Virus record (IMG/VR): IMGVR_UViG_3300014204_000110
DNA: 64,000 nucleotides
Strand: one strand, 5' to 3'
From: a virus
Lineage: Duplodnaviria > Caudoviricetes
The notes beneath the pieces were generated by a model. It had not been told where the DNA came from, did not search any database, and saw nothing but the letters and a program-made list of their open reading frames with translations. Positions 62,401-64,000 of the stretch are shown one piece after another. Position numbers and translations under genes: made by a program. Position 1 is the stretch's first letter. Each line of letters begins with the position of its first letter.

Positions 62401-64000
62401 GGAGCAGGAGCAGATGCTATAGCGCGAGTTAGAATGGGTGTGTCTAGAGTATCAGACCTAACTGGTATAACGGCTACAATGAAGTATCTGCATGGTTTAA
62501 TGCCACTTTCTGAAAGTAGTATTCCTGGAGCTGTTGTTGGTGGAATATTTAGTAAAATAATGCAAACTGGACCTCTTGGAACTGCTAAAAATATATTTGC
62601 TGGAGCAATTATAAATAGAATAGTTTCTCCATATCTTCCAGATATGACAAAGACTCATAAAGAACTTACTGAGATATATTCTGGAAGACAACAAGTTCCA
62701 ATCATGAAAGCACCTACATGGTTACTTGGAAGTACTCCTTGGGAAGGAAGTAAAGTAGCTGGATATTCTCCTAACTGGTATGTAAGAGCTAAAAGTAGAT
62801 GGAAAGAATCTGATAATATGTATGGTTCTGCTTTTAGAAAACTTATACATGAACCATTACCTTTTCTTGGTTTTAATGTAGGAGACATTGTAGATCCATA
62901 TTTTCTCGAACGTAAATCGTATTGGTCAAGACCTTTCCCTGTAACAGGAAAACCATTTGAAGAAGTTCCAGTAATTGGAGGAATACTTGCAAATACAATT
63001 GGTAGAATAATTAAACCACAGAAGACAATGCATCAAGAGTTTTTACAAGAAAGATTTGCTTCTGCAGATGATTCTAATAATCCATATCCTTTTTCTATAC
63101 GTCCACCAACAGTAAGTGAAGGAATGGAAATAATGAAAACTTCTTCTAAAATGAAAAGTCTTGGAGGAAGAACATTTAATGGTGGTAACGTTAAACAAGT
63201 AAATCCAGATTGGGGTGAAACTGCAGCAGAAGATTTCTTATATGACATACAAAATTTTACTGGTCTTAAAGGATTTTTATCAAGTACAATCACAGATAGA
63301 ATCTTTGGTAAAAATACAGTAACTCCAACCTTTGAAACTGCAGGAAGAATAGCATCATTTAGCAGAAGTTATAGTGATCTTAATCTTGGTGGTATCGGTA
63401 TGATAAGTGAAGGTATGAGAAGAATTATAGAGAAACCTAAGTATAGACAATATGGAATTAATCCAATTCCAAATATGATGCCTGAATATTTAGGACCAGA
63501 GTTTATAACTGGTGATCCTTGGAGTTCCATACAAAGGGGAGAATTAAGACTTCCTGGAGAAAGTTATTTGCGGACACATCCAGATGTAAAGAGATCTATG
63601 CCTGCAAGATCATCTTTAATCGGAGGTAATATAGAACATATTGTTCAATATTTTACAGGTTTACTTCCACCATTACTCAAAGAAGAATATGACATCATGG
63701 AAACTGGAACAGAGTTTCATAGATCTATTCAGGATTCTCTTGCTGCTGAAGGACTATTGATACAAGCCGAATCATTGGTTCATGATGTTAAAAATGATAT
63801 TACTGGTCACGTTGATGCTATTATACGTGATGGTACTGGTGGTGGTGGTCGAAGAGCACTTGAAATAAAGACAATAAGTAATGAAGGTTTTGAAAAATTA
63901 AATGCTCCAAAAGGATCCCATCTAACTCAATTAAATTTTTACTTACGTCAACTTAAGATGAGAAAAGGAACATTGTTATATGTTAATAGAGATAATCCAT
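59410..64000 (+). CDS. Giant tape-measure-position virion protein (>1530 aa, runs off the window) with a PD-(D/E)xK nuclease domain
   Basis: Not in ORF track; ATG overlaps the previous stop (TAATG) and the same frame reads GTEFH...TGHVDAII...LEIKT...HLTQLNFY near the window end. Confidence 0.8.
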   Translation, partial: MDYSPDDQNRYYDPQQNTKSDVDVGTLARQIVLPMVADVAGLLVAKYVTHTSISKLKSWRTSQNSFKNSLSNSIFSKTESFNKKIQPFKKSITENPLYKSVVKSGQEREALLSNLKGTSRYNTTRVSSVFKNPKTLAYSAAKVWKENVWSGMAAQYAIDHMLGVNEQWGLEKKSVYDIPGQAVNFGKWLGASTVFGLGFGGAGPLVKAMGSTGLKATQKVFGGEFGKKVLDTLSMRPLGVPKDYKYTSSSDISVFNKHVISDLRSNEQQKFAANAVRNKLSFGSNVGEAFRNVQNSLYVASDTFKGGWQSSGVNVGSRTRQALGVLETSLKNVREILIKPREKLTSTISHPGIQAINFLTEISKNKNTKIDTGSTEFANFMTQVSKDSYKETAVGRIFKFLKPLQNKDVVSNEWIKNTYGNLSDRFADTSTAKTLMRNVLNMRVGQNIYRDWRGSNIKGAGVDLGAFDPILSMRRTASKILNHQFNLPLTKLGMSLGDITGINTYLSEAPSFEFFKQPPEFKYKNHGSIGDLADNKSNAMFAYNNGKWAVINNNTVRIVDDSGHRLRYASKSGKDKAFELKTIGVNRMRDALNKEDPLTAALRYNQIKERVDYQDAPTNPFLHYLDRRNIGLPTKLKEYAQIITDKFQDKEVYKQYVSDFFTAPSILNARALPIIGNIYERTSQTFSRVLQNKNAHQIIAHYVHNKELKDDFAGIAYSDQKMIDILDRSEFKADRHIFDNDFHRSVKELRAYPQKAKDHASTKRLGPFSDMTSSDVVRKDLIEDIFNRDFIGAPAGHAHPLIGAADDLFTARIINDKERKYLKLHAKLSVFKDEGLIKGSDHHADYWPSIVKNINDRSKKNNWDILNEITDFISNEDIRRPSIRLSQNQIIPKDWGNLSDAKLFPKDINPYTSIPDNGIVIFKDIITKSTDSVTTMMGEWLPYKKRYLQHHGFTGSAKYIGGILGTSAAVFGAYRITDTLVATNPLFDDTLLGDGLTGAGADAIARVRMGVSRVSDLTGITATMKYLHGLMPLSESSIPGAVVGGIFSKIMQTGPLGTAKNIFAGAIINRIVSPYLPDMTKTHKELTEIYSGRQQVPIMKAPTWLLGSTPWEGSKVAGYSPNWYVRAKSRWKESDNMYGSAFRKLIHEPLPFLGFNVGDIVDPYFLERKSYWSRPFPVTGKPFEEVPVIGGILANTIGRIIKPQKTMHQEFLQERFASADDSNNPYPFSIRPPTVSEGMEIMKTSSKMKSLGGRTFNGGNVKQVNPDWGETAAEDFLYDIQNFTGLKGFLSSTITDRIFGKNTVTPTFETAGRIASFSRSYSDLNLGGIGMISEGMRRIIEKPKYRQYGINPIPNMMPEYLGPEFITGDPWSSIQRGELRLPGESYLRTHPDVKRSMPARSSLIGGNIEHIVQYFTGLLPPLLKEEYDIMETGTEFHRSIQDSLAAEGLLIQAESLVHDVKNDITGHVDAIIRDGTGGGGRRALEIKTISNEGFEKLNAPKGSHLTQLNFYLRQLKMRKGTLLYVNRDNP

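Noticed and set aside
678-63293. Numerous short antisense or alternate-frame ORFs in the track (e.g. 678-875, 11709-12356, 24919-25155, 32291-32596, 62497-63293)
   Set aside because: They overlap well-supported genes, lack RBSs and look like shadow ORFs.
1-64000. Alternative genetic code or tRNA genes
   Set aside because: Long genes are intact under code 11, the tube gap is explained by introns rather than stop reassignment, and no tRNA cloverleaf was recognised.

Overview
AT-rich (standard code 11) segment of a large contractile-tailed (myovirus-type) bacteriophage genome. Left arm (1-21030, minus strand): dense small early/accessory ORFs plus vWA/TerF-like protein, family-4 UDG, a deaminase, DprA/SLOG-like protein, SSB, macro-domain protein, a LigD-like phosphoesterase-ligase fusion, and two intergenic zones of structured non-coding RNA, one of which mimics the L11-binding GTPase centre of 23S rRNA. 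After an AT-rich strand switch (~21030-21490), the plus strand carries Hsp20, an array of 6-7 small ORFs sharing an N-terminal LRD(P/R)Y tag, class II RNR, dUTPase, M15 endolysin, and the morphogenesis module: terminase with two inteins, portal, protease/scaffold, capsid, neck, sheath, free-standing EndoVII-type HNH, tail tube, tube paralogues, chaperones and a >1500-aa tape-measure-position protein with a PD-(D/E)xK nuclease domain. Top findings: (1) several tagged ORFs look like truncated copies of the phage's own tail tube, terminase ATPase and major capsid protein, i.e. a candidate decoy array against pattern-sensing defence systems; (2) the tail tube gene is missed by the ORF track because it is split by five ORF-less group I introns, with 27-, 36- and 22-nt micro-exons; (3) the rRNA-mimic ncRNA carries a compensatory base triple. 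All homology calls are by-eye motif recognition; no database searches were run.
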